A DNA stretch of 64,000 nucleotides from Elusimicrobiota bacterium (lineage in GTDB: Bacteria; Elusimicrobiota; Elusimicrobia; F11). A model generated the notes under the pieces. It saw only the letters and a list, made by a program, of their open reading frames with translations. It was not told the DNA's origin and did not search any database. The translations under genes and the position numbers were made by a program. The number at the start of each line of letters is the position of its first letter. Within the stretch, counting starts at the first letter, position 1. The stretch spans positions 160,001-224,000 of the forward strand of contig JBGAON010000003.1 of assembly GCA_044221725.1 (NCBI GenBank), written 5' to 3'. Positions 47,942 to 58,700 of this stretch are shown one piece after another.

Positions 47942-49594
47942 ATGAACAAAGCAAAATTGAAGCTTTGGTGGGACGACAATTGGATGTCCCTTATGAAGTG
48001 GTTGTTGATCGTGCTCAGCCTTGGGCTCACGATCGTCGGCTCTTATGTGTTTTTGTTCCAACTCGAGTCCTTCCAGAAGCAATCGCTGCTCGCGAGTTTT
48101 CCTATTTATTTGTTCAACGCGGTGGTCAGCTCGCTCGTGTTTGTTTTCGGCTACCGGTACTTCATGATGGGTGGGATGTCCAAGCTGTCCTCGCAGTCAC
48201 GCAAACTCGATGCTCAATTCATAAAAATTAAGTTTTCCGACGTCATTGGCCTCGAAGAAGCGAAGCGCGAGGCGCTCGAAGTGGTGTCGCTCATTCGCGA
48301 CCGCGCGCTGGTCAAACGAATTGGTGGCAAGATCATCAAAGGTATCTTGATGCAAGGCCCGCCGGGCTGCGGGAAAACGTTGCTTGCGAAAGCCATCGCC
48401 GCTGAATCAGGGATACCGTTTCTCGCGATTTCCGGGAGTGAATTTGTCGAAGTGTTCGTCGGTGTGGGCGCTTCGCGTGTTCGGCAATTAATGAAGCGGG
48501 CACGTCTTTTGGCCGAAGCGCACGGCGCGTGCATTGTTTTTATCGATGAGTTGGACGTGATCGGACGAGCGCGATCGTTCAACGCGTTCGGTGGTTCCGA
48601 AGAAACAAACTCCACCCAAAACGAATTGTTGGTACAAATGGATGGTATTCAGTCCGGGTCCGACAAGCTGATTTTCATTGGCGCAACGAACGCGGCCGAG
48701 TCGACATTGGATCCGGCGTTGCTTCGCCCGGGTCGATTCGACCGAAAAATTTATGTTGGCAAGCCCCATCTGAAAGAACGGGAAGATCTGTTCCGTTACT
48801 ATCTCGGAAAAGTGAAAGCCGATCCCAATTTGGAAATGAAAAAGCTTGCACAGCGGACCGTCGCAAAGTCTCCAGCCGATATTGAATCGGCCATAAAAGA
48901 GTCTGCTTTAATCGCTGCTCGTGAAAGTCGCGACATGATTACGCTTAAGGATTTATCCCAGGCATTTGAACGTATCGACCTCGGGATTGCGCATCGTTTG
49001 CCCATGACCGCGAAGGAGAAGGAAACAGTCGCCACGCACGAAGCAGGCCATCTGGTTACGGTTTACAACGAGCATCCCACGCATGACGTTTTTAAAGCGA
49101 CGATTTTGCATCGCGGTGGAGCGCTCGGTCACGTGCTACCGGTACCCCGCGAGGAACAGTACACGAGGTCGAAACCAGAATTGATCGCGAACATCAAAGT
49201 GGCTCTCGCCGGGTTTCTTGCTGAGAAAATTAAATATGGAGTAACGAGCACGGGCGCCTCGTCGGATTTCGCGAACGCCCTGTCGCACGCGCAGGCGATG
49301 GTTTGGGAATACGGCATGGGCACAAGTGGCATTCTCGGTAATTATGCGATTGTTCAGAACAATCAGACCGTTTTCATGCTTTCCGAATCATTAAAGAACC
49401 AGTTGAACAGCGAAGTGCAAGCCATTCTTCATGATTGCGCGAAAGAAACCGAAGCGTTCTTGCGCAAAGAATGGGAGATGGTTGAAATTTTCGGGAAGCT
49501 CTTAATTGAAAAAGAAGAGCTGAATTACGACGAGATCGAAGAAGTCTTTGCCGCGCACGGCAAATCTCGTCCGACGCCGCCCGCCAGTCTGTAA
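47942..49594 (+). CDS. FtsH-like AAA+ zinc metalloprotease (short form, almost no periplasmic domain)
   Basis: Two TMs, GPPGCGKT, FIDELD, LLRPGRFDR, HEAGH, GASSD. Confidence 0.9.
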   Translation: MNKAKLKLWWDDNWMSLMKWLLIVLSLGLTIVGSYVFLFQLESFQKQSLLASFPIYLFNAVVSSLVFVFGYRYFMMGGMSKLSSQSRKLDAQFIKIKFSDVIGLEEAKREALEVVSLIRDRALVKRIGGKIIKGILMQGPPGCGKTLLAKAIAAESGIPFLAISGSEFVEVFVGVGASRVRQLMKRARLLAEAHGACIVFIDELDVIGRARSFNAFGGSEETNSTQNELLVQMDGIQSGSDKLIFIGATNAAESTLDPALLRPGRFDRKIYVGKPHLKEREDLFRYYLGKVKADPNLEMKKLAQRTVAKSPADIESAIKESALIAARESRDMITLKDLSQAFERIDLGIAHRLPMTAKEKETVATHEAGHLVTVYNEHPTHDVFKATILHRGGALGHVLPVPREEQYTRSKPELIANIKVALAGFLAEKIKYGVTSTGASSDFANALSHAQAMVWEYGMGTSGILGNYAIVQNNQTVFMLSESLKNQLNSEVQAILHDCAKETEAFLRKEWEMVEIFGKLLIEKEELNYDEIEEVFAAHGKSRPTPPASL

Positions 49595-49599
49595 GCCGA

Positions 49600-50814
49600 A
49601 TGACCGACCACAATCCGCCGGACGACAAAAAGAACGATTTTGAATTTCCGTCGTTGCACGCCGATGAGCCGGCGGCTCCAAGCGAGCCTGTTGCCCCAAC
49701 TCCGGCAAGCAACCCCGAGCAGCCAAAGCCCAAACCACGTTTCGTTTTTCCGAAGGAAAAGATTCAAGATTGGGTTTTAAAGAACAAATCGACGGCGCTT
49801 TTTCTTGGCTTTGTAGTGATTGCTATCGGCATGTACGGCATCAAAAAGTTGCGCGGAAACGGCGAAGGAAAAGTCGACAACGTTGAATCAACGAGCGCGC
49901 AACCGGACGAGATTCCGGTCAACGCGATCGAAGCAAAGCTTGGGCGCTTCCAGGACACGATTAATGCGGTTGGAACGTTAAAAGGCGAAGCGGAAATCGA
50001 GCTGCGGTTCCAAGTGGACGGCCGCATCGAAGAATTGAATATCACGCCGGGTCGCAAGGTTCACCGTGGAGAAATTCTCGGGCGACTGAGCGAACGCGAC
50101 GCCATGCTGAAAGTGCAACGCGCAAAGAACGAACTGGAACAAACCGAAAAACTTTATCAATTGGGAGGCGTCTCCAAGACGAAACTGGACGAATCGCGTT
50201 TGAATCTCGATGTCGCGCAATCGGAACTGGACAAAACCCGCTTGGTGGCCACGCGCGATGGAATTGTGGGAGAGCGTGAGGCGGATGTCGGAGAATTTGT
50301 GACGCCCCAACGAAAGGTGTCCACACTCGTATCTATAAAGCAGGTGCTCGTGAAGGTTGGCATTATCGAGAAGCAGGTGGATAAGGTGTATCCCGGACAA
50401 AAAATGCTCGTAACGGTGGACGCGTATCCTGGAAATATTTTCGAAGGAACGATTGAAAGCATTTCGCCCATTATCATTGGTGAAAGCAAAACGTTCGAAA
50501 TCACGGCCAAAATTCCGAATCCCGATAGCCTTTTGTTGCCGGGTATGTTTGCGCGCACGCGCGTCATTACGTACGAAGCGGATGACGCCATTTCGGTTCC
50601 GAACGACGCTCTGATCAAATCCAACACGGGCTTCCAGTTGTTTGTCGTGAACAAAGACAACGTAGCGGAAGCGCGCGATGTTCAAGTCGGTTACGTTTCG
50701 ACGGAAAACACGCAGATCGAATCCGGTTTAACAGCGGGTGAAGTGGTGATTGTGCAGAAACCACCCGAGCTAAAAGCCGGCTCCAAAGTAAAAATTATCG
50801 AGGTTCAAAAATAA
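49600..50814 (+). CDS. RND/ABC-type periplasmic adaptor (membrane fusion protein)
   Basis: Pro-rich N-terminus, TM, lipoyl-hairpin pattern, LLPGMFA, VPNDAL, GLTAGEVVI. Confidence 0.88.
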   Translation: MTDHNPPDDKKNDFEFPSLHADEPAAPSEPVAPTPASNPEQPKPKPRFVFPKEKIQDWVLKNKSTALFLGFVVIAIGMYGIKKLRGNGEGKVDNVESTSAQPDEIPVNAIEAKLGRFQDTINAVGTLKGEAEIELRFQVDGRIEELNITPGRKVHRGEILGRLSERDAMLKVQRAKNELEQTEKLYQLGGVSKTKLDESRLNLDVAQSELDKTRLVATRDGIVGEREADVGEFVTPQRKVSTLVSIKQVLVKVGIIEKQVDKVYPGQKMLVTVDAYPGNIFEGTIESISPIIIGESKTFEITAKIPNPDSLLLPGMFARTRVITYEADDAISVPNDALIKSNTGFQLFVVNKDNVAEARDVQVGYVSTENTQIESGLTAGEVVIVQKPPELKAGSKVKIIEVQK

Positions 50815-52268
50815 AGCTTCAACCCCGCCTAACGCTCTTCACGATTTCTCTGGTGCTGGCTGTTGTGGCCATCACGGGCCTCTCGACTGTCTTTACTCTT
50901 CGCCATTTTCTCCGCGGTGAGATGCATCAAAGCCAAGAAACTTGGTTCGCAAATTTTCGCGGCGCCTGCACGGATGCGGTTTATCTCGGCGACGATCTCG
51001 CCATTCAAGCAACGAGCGAGTCGCTGGAGAAATCGGTTCCTGAACTGGCGTACGCCGTGTTTATCGACGAATCGCGCGGCGGCATTCAATTGGGCGGGCT
51101 GGAGAGTTTGCAGCGGTTTAAAAAACTTTCGCCGCGGTGTGCCACAGATGAAAAATCCGGTACGAGTCCGATTGTCCGTGAAAGCCAGTCCGGAGAGGAG
51201 AAATGGCTGCATTACTGTGAGCCGCTCACTGAGGTCAACGTCCGTGGTGACCGAATTAACGGCATCGTTTTCCTTGGGTTCAATGTGAACCTCATGGAAG
51301 CGCGGCTGGAATCGATCATCGATCGTATTTGGCCGAAACTCCTGTGGAGCATGTGCCTTGTTTTGATTGTGGGTCTGATGGTCGCGTTCTTTCTGGCCAA
51401 GAAATTAACAGGCCCGATTTCAAATTTAACCGAAGGTGCCAAAGCCATCGGTGAAGGGCACTGGGACACGCGCATTCCGGTCGAGAGCGCCGATGAGCTG
51501 GGGTTTCTCGCGCACGAATTTAATTTGATGGCGATGAAACTAAAAGAGTTTGATCAATTGAAAGATGACTTTGTGTCATCGGTATCGCATGAGCTTCGTT
51601 CGCCACTCGCGGCGATATCCGGTTACGCGGAACTGTTACGAGGGAAACCCATCGAGGACATTGCTCCGGACAAAAGAGAGAAAGCGCTTTCCATTATTCA
51701 GGAAAGCACAAGCCGGCTTGCGCACTTTATTAATGACATTTTGGATTTGGCGAAGCTGAAGTCGGGGCACGTCGAGGTTCGCCGAAAGCCGTTTCGTTTG
51801 CGCACGGTGGTCGAGGAAATCGCGGGCCTTTTTCAGCCATTGCTCGAGAAAAAGGACATCAATTGCTTCGTCGATATTCCGGAATCGGTCCCGAGTTTGT
51901 TGGTTGACGATGAAAAGATCCGCCAGGTCATCACAAATCTTCTTTCAAACGCCTTGAAATTTACCCCTTCTCAAGGCAAAATCAGAATAATTGCGAGAAA
52001 TCAGACCGATTTCGTGCAGATTTCTGTCGAAGACACCGGTATGGGAATTCCCGACGATCAGAAAGAAGCGGTTTTTGAACGTTTTCGTCAGGTTAAAACG
52101 TCCACCACGGCGGTCACGGGGCAAAAAGGAACCGGGCTGGGTCTCGCGATTGCAAAAGGAAATGTCGAAGCACACGGCGGACGAATTTGGGTTGAGTCGG
52201 AATTGGGAAAAGGAACGAAAGTGCATTTCACAATTCCGATGACTCCAACTCCTGACGCGAATGTTTGA
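50811..52268 (+). CDS. membrane sensor histidine kinase (HAMP-HisKA-HATPase); likely ATA start at 50811 (track start 50853)
   Basis: Two TMs, HAMP DELG.LA..FN.M, SHELRSPL, NLLSNALKF, DTGMG, GTGLGL. Confidence 0.92.
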   Translation: MKLQPRLTLFTISLVLAVVAITGLSTVFTLRHFLRGEMHQSQETWFANFRGACTDAVYLGDDLAIQATSESLEKSVPELAYAVFIDESRGGIQLGGLESLQRFKKLSPRCATDEKSGTSPIVRESQSGEEKWLHYCEPLTEVNVRGDRINGIVFLGFNVNLMEARLESIIDRIWPKLLWSMCLVLIVGLMVAFFLAKKLTGPISNLTEGAKAIGEGHWDTRIPVESADELGFLAHEFNLMAMKLKEFDQLKDDFVSSVSHELRSPLAAISGYAELLRGKPIEDIAPDKREKALSIIQESTSRLAHFINDILDLAKLKSGHVEVRRKPFRLRTVVEEIAGLFQPLLEKKDINCFVDIPESVPSLLVDDEKIRQVITNLLSNALKFTPSQGKIRIIARNQTDFVQISVEDTGMGIPDDQKEAVFERFRQVKTSTTAVTGQKGTGLGLAIAKGNVEAHGGRIWVESELGKGTKVHFTIPMTPTPDANV

Positions 52269-52299
52269 CAACATCCGTATAAGTCGTAAGAGGTGAAAA

Positions 52300-52992
52300 T
52301 TGGCCAAAAAAAGAATTCTCATAGTTGATGACGAAGTCCAGATCTGCCAGCTCGTCAAAGACATTCTCGAAGAGAATGGATACACCGCCACCACCGCGCA
52401 TTCGACGGACGAAGCATTCCAAAAATTAAAAGTCACTCTGCCCGATATGATTTTGCTCGACGTACGGCTTCCCACCATTGGCGGTCTCGAATTTTGTCGT
52501 CAAATCAAACAAGACATTCGCTCGCGTCGCGTTCCGGTCATTATGCTCACGGTTCAAGACACCGAAACCGACAAGGTGATCGGACTCGAAGTGGGCGCCG
52601 ATGATTATCTCACGAAGCCGTTTGGAAACCGCGAACTTTTGGCCCGCATCAAGGCGGTGTTCCGTCGCGTCGAGATGAACAAGTCGGACGAATCTTCCGT
52701 TCTAAAAATTGGTCCCATGGAAATTGATATGGACATGCACGAGGTCAAATACAAAGGCAAAGACCTCATGCTCACCCCGAAAGAATTTGAGCTGCTCGTT
52801 GCGCTTGCGAAAAACAAGAACAAAGCGCTTCGTCGAGAGGCGCTCATGTCCACCGTGTGGGGCTATGACTATCCGGGAACCCTCGGCACCATCGACGTGC
52901 ACATCCGGCACCTGCGAAAGAAATTGGGCGAGGCGGGTCGCTACATAAAAACTCTCATCGGCGTGGGGTATCGCTTGGATGAAAAACTCTAA
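52300..52992 (+). CDS. OmpR/PhoB-family response regulator
   Basis: REC domain plus winged helix LTPKEFELL, TIDVHIRHLRKKL, GVGYR. Confidence 0.95.
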   Translation: MAKKRILIVDDEVQICQLVKDILEENGYTATTAHSTDEAFQKLKVTLPDMILLDVRLPTIGGLEFCRQIKQDIRSRRVPVIMLTVQDTETDKVIGLEVGADDYLTKPFGNRELLARIKAVFRRVEMNKSDESSVLKIGPMEIDMDMHEVKYKGKDLMLTPKEFELLVALAKNKNKALRREALMSTVWGYDYPGTLGTIDVHIRHLRKKLGEAGRYIKTLIGVGYRLDEKL

Positions 52993-54139
52993 GCCGTCCG
53001 CCGACTATGGATCTTCTGTAACACCAACCGCCGCCGCATCGCTGCACGACAACCGAATTCTCATTGTTGATGACGAGGCTCCATCCCGCGATCTCTGCAA
53101 AATATTTCTCGAATCCGATGGTTACGAAGTTGAAACCTGTGGCTTGGCCCAAAAAGCCATAGCGTTATTGCAGTTAAAGCGGTTTGATTTGGTTTTAACG
53201 GATCTTTCGATGCCGGACTTGGACGGCGTCGAACTCGTCAAGCAAGTGAAGTACCATTATCCGTCCACGAACGTGATCATCATGACCGCTTACGGTTCCG
53301 TCGCCTCCGCGGTCGAGTCCATGCGCTCCGGCGCCTACGACTACATCACCAAGCCTTTCCCCCGCGATTTGCTGCTCGCCACGATCCGGCGCTGCCTCGA
53401 AAGTCACAACTTAAAGCGCGAAATTTCGAAAATGCAAACCGAGCTTTTACAGAAAGAGCGTTTGGCCGCGGTCGGTTCAATGGCCGGTGCGATCGCACAC
53501 CGCATGCGCAATCCGTTATCGATTATTCAGATGTGCGCGCAATATTTGGAAGGGCATTTGTCGTCGAATCCGGAGCATTTGCAAATCCTTCAAGCGATTG
53601 AAGAGAAGGTGAAGGTGCTCGAACAGTTGACGCGCGATTTCGTGGAATATTCGCGCGCTTCGCGCATTCGCAAATCACCCGAGCGCGTGGAAAAGTTGGC
53701 CGATGAAGTGATCAAGAACTGCGACGCCCGCTGCAAAATTCAAGGTGTCGAAATTATTCGTCGCTATCAACCGCAGCTTCCGGCGATTCAGGTCGACGCT
53801 GATTTGATTCGAGAAGTGATTACGAACATTATCGACAACGCGCTAGAGGCAATGAAAGGTCCCGGCAAAATCCTGGTCGCGGTCGACCTCGATCGGACCT
53901 TGAAAAATATTTTGCTCACGATCACGAACTCCGGAGGCGTTCTGTCTCCGGACCTCGAAGAAAAAATTTTTGAACCTTTCTTTACGACCAAGGAAACCGG
54001 TATGGGGCTGGGTCTGGCCATTGTGAAACAAGTCATCGAAGGTCATGCCGGTCAAATCAAAGCGGCGGGCGATCCAAAAACAAACACGACGTCTTTTCGA
54101 GTTCTGTTGCCGATTCGAGTCGAGGGGGAAAAAGCGTAA
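52979..54139 (+). CDS. cytoplasmic REC-histidine kinase hybrid
   Basis: REC domain, then AHRMRNPL, NIIDNA, FEPFFTTK, GMGLGL. Confidence 0.92.
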   Translation: MKNSKPSADYGSSVTPTAAASLHDNRILIVDDEAPSRDLCKIFLESDGYEVETCGLAQKAIALLQLKRFDLVLTDLSMPDLDGVELVKQVKYHYPSTNVIIMTAYGSVASAVESMRSGAYDYITKPFPRDLLLATIRRCLESHNLKREISKMQTELLQKERLAAVGSMAGAIAHRMRNPLSIIQMCAQYLEGHLSSNPEHLQILQAIEEKVKVLEQLTRDFVEYSRASRIRKSPERVEKLADEVIKNCDARCKIQGVEIIRRYQPQLPAIQVDADLIREVITNIIDNALEAMKGPGKILVAVDLDRTLKNILLTITNSGGVLSPDLEEKIFEPFFTTKETGMGLGLAIVKQVIEGHAGQIKAAGDPKTNTTSFRVLLPIRVEGEKA

Positions 54140-55491
54140 TGGCCTCCAAAGGACGCGTGTTGGTTGTCGATGATGAGCCGCAGGTGGGCATGATTTTTTC
54201 GAAGGTGCTCGAGGCTGCCGGATACGAAGTTGTCGCTGCGGAATCCGGTGAAGAAGCGCTTAAAAAAATGAACACGAAGCCGAATGTTGTTTTCTTGGAC
54301 ATAAAGTTGCCGGGCATGGACGGCGTCGAAACGCTTCGGCGGATTCGTAAAAACGCGCCGGACCTTCCGGTCGTCATGATGACCGCGTATCAAACGGTGG
54401 ACTCCGCGGTCGAAAGTATGCGTCTGGGCGCCTGCGATTATTTGATCAAGCCGCTCGATAACAGCCGCATCAAAGAAGTCGTTCGGCATGCGTTGCTCGT
54501 TGGCGGTGCGCCGACGTTGTCGGCCGACGTGTCGATAAGCCCCGGCGAAATGGTTGGTAAAAGTGCGGCGTTTGATCTCGCTCACAAACTTATTACCAAG
54601 GTAGCACCGACCGATTTAACCGTTCTTTTGCTCGGAGAATCGGGAACTGGTAAGGAACTGACCGCGCGCGCTATTCACTTGGCATCCAAGCGTGCGAGCA
54701 AGGCGTTTGTTCCGGTCGACTGCGCGGCGCTTCCGGAAACATTGATGGAGTCAGAGCTTTTCGGTTACGAAAAGGGGGCGTTTACGGGCGCTGACGAGTC
54801 GCGCGCCGGTCGTTTCGAAATGGCCGACGAGGGCACGCTTTTTCTCGATGAAATCGGAAATCTCTCAATGTCTGTGCAAGCGAAGTTGCTACGGGTGCTG
54901 CAAGATCCGTCGTTTGTTCGGCTCGGTGGACGCAAGCAGGTGCGCGTGAACACGCGCGTTGTGTGCGCAACGAACAAAGATTTGGAAGCGGCGTCGAGCC
55001 GCGGAGAATTCCGTGAGGACCTTTATCACCGCATCAAAGTTTTCACGATCGAACTGACGCCGCTCCGGAATCGTCTCGACGATATCCCGATTCTCGTGAG
55101 TCATTACCTGCAGAAATACACGCGCGAAATGAACACGCCGATGAAAAAAGTAAGCAACGCCGTGTTGGACATTTTTCAAAAATACCGTTGGCCTGGAAAT
55201 ATCCGCGAATTATCAAACGCGATCCGAAGCGCCGTCGTGCTCGCCGACAACACAGTCGAAGTGGAGCATCTTCCGACAAGCATTCGGTTTTCGCAGCAGA
55301 AAGGCAGCTCGTCGAAGCCAGCGACGTCCGATGCAGCGCTTAAAGACGTCGTCAAAAAAGTGGAGCGCGAGCATATCGCTGCAACTCTTAAAAAGACCGA
55401 CTGGAACAAACACGAAGCCGCTAAAATCCTCGGCATCGACTCAAAAACCCTCACGGCAAAGATCAAAGAGCACGGTCTCACGAATAGTTAG
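54139..55491 (+). CDS. NtrC-family sigma54-dependent activator
   Basis: REC domain, GESGTGKE, GAFTGA, FLDEIG, WPGNIREL, Fis-type HTH. Confidence 0.95.
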   Translation: MASKGRVLVVDDEPQVGMIFSKVLEAAGYEVVAAESGEEALKKMNTKPNVVFLDIKLPGMDGVETLRRIRKNAPDLPVVMMTAYQTVDSAVESMRLGACDYLIKPLDNSRIKEVVRHALLVGGAPTLSADVSISPGEMVGKSAAFDLAHKLITKVAPTDLTVLLLGESGTGKELTARAIHLASKRASKAFVPVDCAALPETLMESELFGYEKGAFTGADESRAGRFEMADEGTLFLDEIGNLSMSVQAKLLRVLQDPSFVRLGGRKQVRVNTRVVCATNKDLEAASSRGEFREDLYHRIKVFTIELTPLRNRLDDIPILVSHYLQKYTREMNTPMKKVSNAVLDIFQKYRWPGNIRELSNAIRSAVVLADNTVEVEHLPTSIRFSQQKGSSSKPATSDAALKDVVKKVEREHIAATLKKTDWNKHEAAKILGIDSKTLTAKIKEHGLTNS

Positions 55492-55517
55492 AAACCGCTT
55501 CGAAATGAGGCGTTTTT
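55492..55517 (+). terminator. candidate intrinsic terminator
   Basis: CGCTTC-GAAAT-GAGGCG hairpin followed by T5, directly after the stop codon. Confidence 0.55.
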
Positions 55518-55635
55518 GGTGACTTTCCGTCGATAATTCCCTGGTAGCCCGTCGGCACCTCCCTCATACTTAAGAAACACGTATCGAACTGTAGTGGTAT
55601 TGCTTCTGACGGGCTCGGGAGTCCACCAGCTTTGA

Positions 55636-55697
55636 TTCAGCGTATCTTAACCCGACCTTAAGGCATCCTTAATCCCACGCTGTTACGATTCTGTTAC
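55636..55697 (+). promoter_or_regulatory. four 11-bp-periodic direct repeats plus extended -10 box; candidate OmpR/PhoB-family-activated promoter
   Basis: TTCA 55636, TTAA 55647/55658/55669; TGn-TACGAT 55684-55689; CTGTTAC twice at 55680 and 55691. Confidence 0.6.
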
Positions 55698-55702
55698 ATC
55701 GT

Positions 55703-58700
55703 ATGAAAAGAATTTATTCGATTGCCGTTTTATTGTTTTTCGGCGCGCCGGCGTTTGTTTTGGCGCAAACGAAGACGTGGGTCGGCCTTGGGAGCGATAA
55801 CAATTTCGGCACCGCGAACAATTGGTCCCCTTCTGGAGTGCCTGCCTCTAACGACGTTCTGCTTTTCGATGGTTCCTCGAACAAACCCTGCCGGCTTGAA
55901 CCCGTTAACGGGACAGCGCTCACAATTGCTGGTCTGACGAGCGTTTCGAATTCAACGGTCACGATCACGCTTGCAGCGGATCGTCGCCTTGTCGTGAACG
56001 GCGATTTCAATTTGTCCAGCGGAACATTCATTGCCGACGGCTTCCGCATGGATATTCAAGGGAATTGGACGACGTCAAAAGATTCGGTTTTTAATTGCAA
56101 AACCTCGACCACAATTTTTACGGGAACGACCGTTTCGAATATTGAGGGCTCAACGACGTTTTACGCGTTGCAATCCACGCAGGCCGACAAACTCTTAAAT
56201 TTTGCGCCGCTCTCGCGGACGACCGTCTTGAACATGGTGAACTTTCAAAACGTTTCGCTGCAATGTTTCGATCCGCTATTGACCCGTCCTTGGTACATCG
56301 TGTTTTTGGGAACCGATCAGACATTGAACAACGTGACGGTGGGAAATTCGAACGCATCGCTCGGCGCGACGATGGTCGCCGATGCCGCGAGCACGGATGC
56401 GGGAGGAAACCAAAATTGGGCATTCTGGTCCGCTCCACCGGACCCTGTTGGTAACCTCCGTGTGTACAAAGAATCTCAAATCGGTCTCACCTGGAGCTCC
56501 CCATTGGGTGGCGCCGACATTTACGAAATTCGTATCTCGCCCAATCCGATCAACGACACGAACATTGCTGACGCATCGGTCGCGAAGATCATTCTCTCTG
56601 GTTCCAAGCAGCCTGAGACCTTCGCGGTTTCTCTCACGGGGCTGTCGTTTAACGGCAGTTATTATGCGGCCGTACGTTCGCGTCGCAGTGCGGGACAATG
56701 GAGCGGATTAGCGACGGGTGGCCCGGCAGAAGCAGGAATATTTGCGAAGCATTCCGACTTTGGATTGCCGAACGACATGTTAAATCCAATCTTGAAAATA
56801 GCCGATTTCAATTCCGATGGTGTTTCAGCAATCGCAGGCGGTCATTTTATGGACATCGCCATCGCCGGTACCGTGGCTGGCGTGCCCACGTTGCGCGTGT
56901 TTCGGTGGGATCCAAACGCGGCGCAATACGTCAAAGCGTTTGAACAATCAGAATCGGGATCGTCTCCGATGCTCGAATGGGTTGATCTGAACAACGACGG
57001 CAATTTGGACTTGATTTATGGCGACAGCAACTCAACCAAAATTTTCTTGAACCAGGGAAGCGGCGTTCGCACGCCGGCGTTCGTCGATGACAACGGAGTT
57101 TATTCTGGATCTTTACCGGCGCTAAGCGAAGGAACATTGGCGGTGGGCGATGCGAACAACGACGGCCGAATAGATTTGGCATTCATTGGAAAGACCAGCT
57201 CGCAAGACACGCCGACCGTGCGGTTGATTATCAGTAACGGCACAGCTCTTTCGTACGTGAACACGCCGCTCGACGGGACGACGATCACAAACGGGTCGAT
57301 TGCGTGGGGCGACGCCAATCGCGATGGTAAAGAAGATTTGCTGGTGGTTGGCAACGAATCGCTGATGTTGTTGCGCAATCTTGGTAACAATCAGTTCGAT
57401 AAGCCCTGGAGTACGAATGGACTATCGGCGTCGGCGGCGGCGTGGATCGACATGGATCATGATGGATTGCTCGATTTCGCGGTGCTCGGAAAACAAAACG
57501 GGAATCCAAAGATTTTGGTGTACCGCAACACGACGCAGCAGGGGATTCCGTCGTTCGATACGCCGTTCGATCTAGAGCCCGGTTTGTTCGCTGGGGATTT
57601 CCAACAAGCGGTGTTGGCGTGGGGGGACATCAACAACGACGGCTGGTCGGATTTGCTGGTGATGGGTTCGGATGGAACGAACCGCCATCTGATCGCTTTT
57701 CTGAACAACGATCAAGGTGCAAATCCGGTTCAATGGACGAAGATTGAACCGCTCGGGGCGCAGCGTGGCCTGGACAACGGATCCCTCGCGTTCGGCAATT
57801 TCGATGGCGATGGACAAAATAACAATGGAGATCTCGATTTTGTCGCGGCCGGTTTCGACGGCTCGCGTCCGAGACTTTACGTTTTTGAAAACTTGACGTT
57901 CTCCGCGGTTGGAAATGTTCCGAACGCGCGTCCCGCTGCACCGACCGCCCTTGCGAACTCGACAGACGGGGCGAACATTTCGTTCGCCTGGCAATCTCCC
58001 ACCAACGACGAGACGAGTGGAACCGGAATGATGTTTCAGATCCAAGTGGCCACCGTTTCTTTTGCCACGAATCCGACGACGTTGACGGTGCCCGGTGTTC
58101 ATGGCAGTCCGCTCATCGGAAATTATCCGAGCGCATTTCTTGATGACACACAACGCGGCGTAAAACTCTCGCTCGAAGACGGAACCTCCTACTATTGGCG
58201 TGTGCGCGCAATTGATTCGGCGTACGCGCAAGGCGCCTACACCGAACAGGGGCCCGTCTATTTGCCGCCCGTTCCACCGAACAATATCACCGATCTCCTA
58301 GCGGTTAGCGGCGCTCAGATTTCGCTCACATGGACGGCGCCAAGCGCGCGCGGCGACGGACTGGCGCGCGTGAAGGGATACGAGATTTACAAATCAAACA
58401 CGGACCCCGCGGTGCCGATCAATGTCGCGTCGCCCAATTGGACGCTGTTGCTTAACACGACAAACACGGTTTTGGATCCAGGGAAAATTCAGGAAATGAC
58501 CGTCACAGGTTTAACGCCGAACACAAATTATTGGTTTGCGATTCGCGCGTACAACGACAAAACATTCGCGGTGCTTCCAGGCACGGCGAGCGCCACGGCT
58601 GGACACTATCAACTCGCCGATGACAAATTGGTGCTTTCCTCGGCGACCTCCCGCGGTTCCGTCGCATGGGGCGACATCAACAACGACGGCTATTTGGATT

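Noticed and set aside
52265..52292. TTGACA before the OmpR-type regulator
   Set aside because: No acceptable -10 box at 16-18 bp, and it overlaps the kinase stop codon
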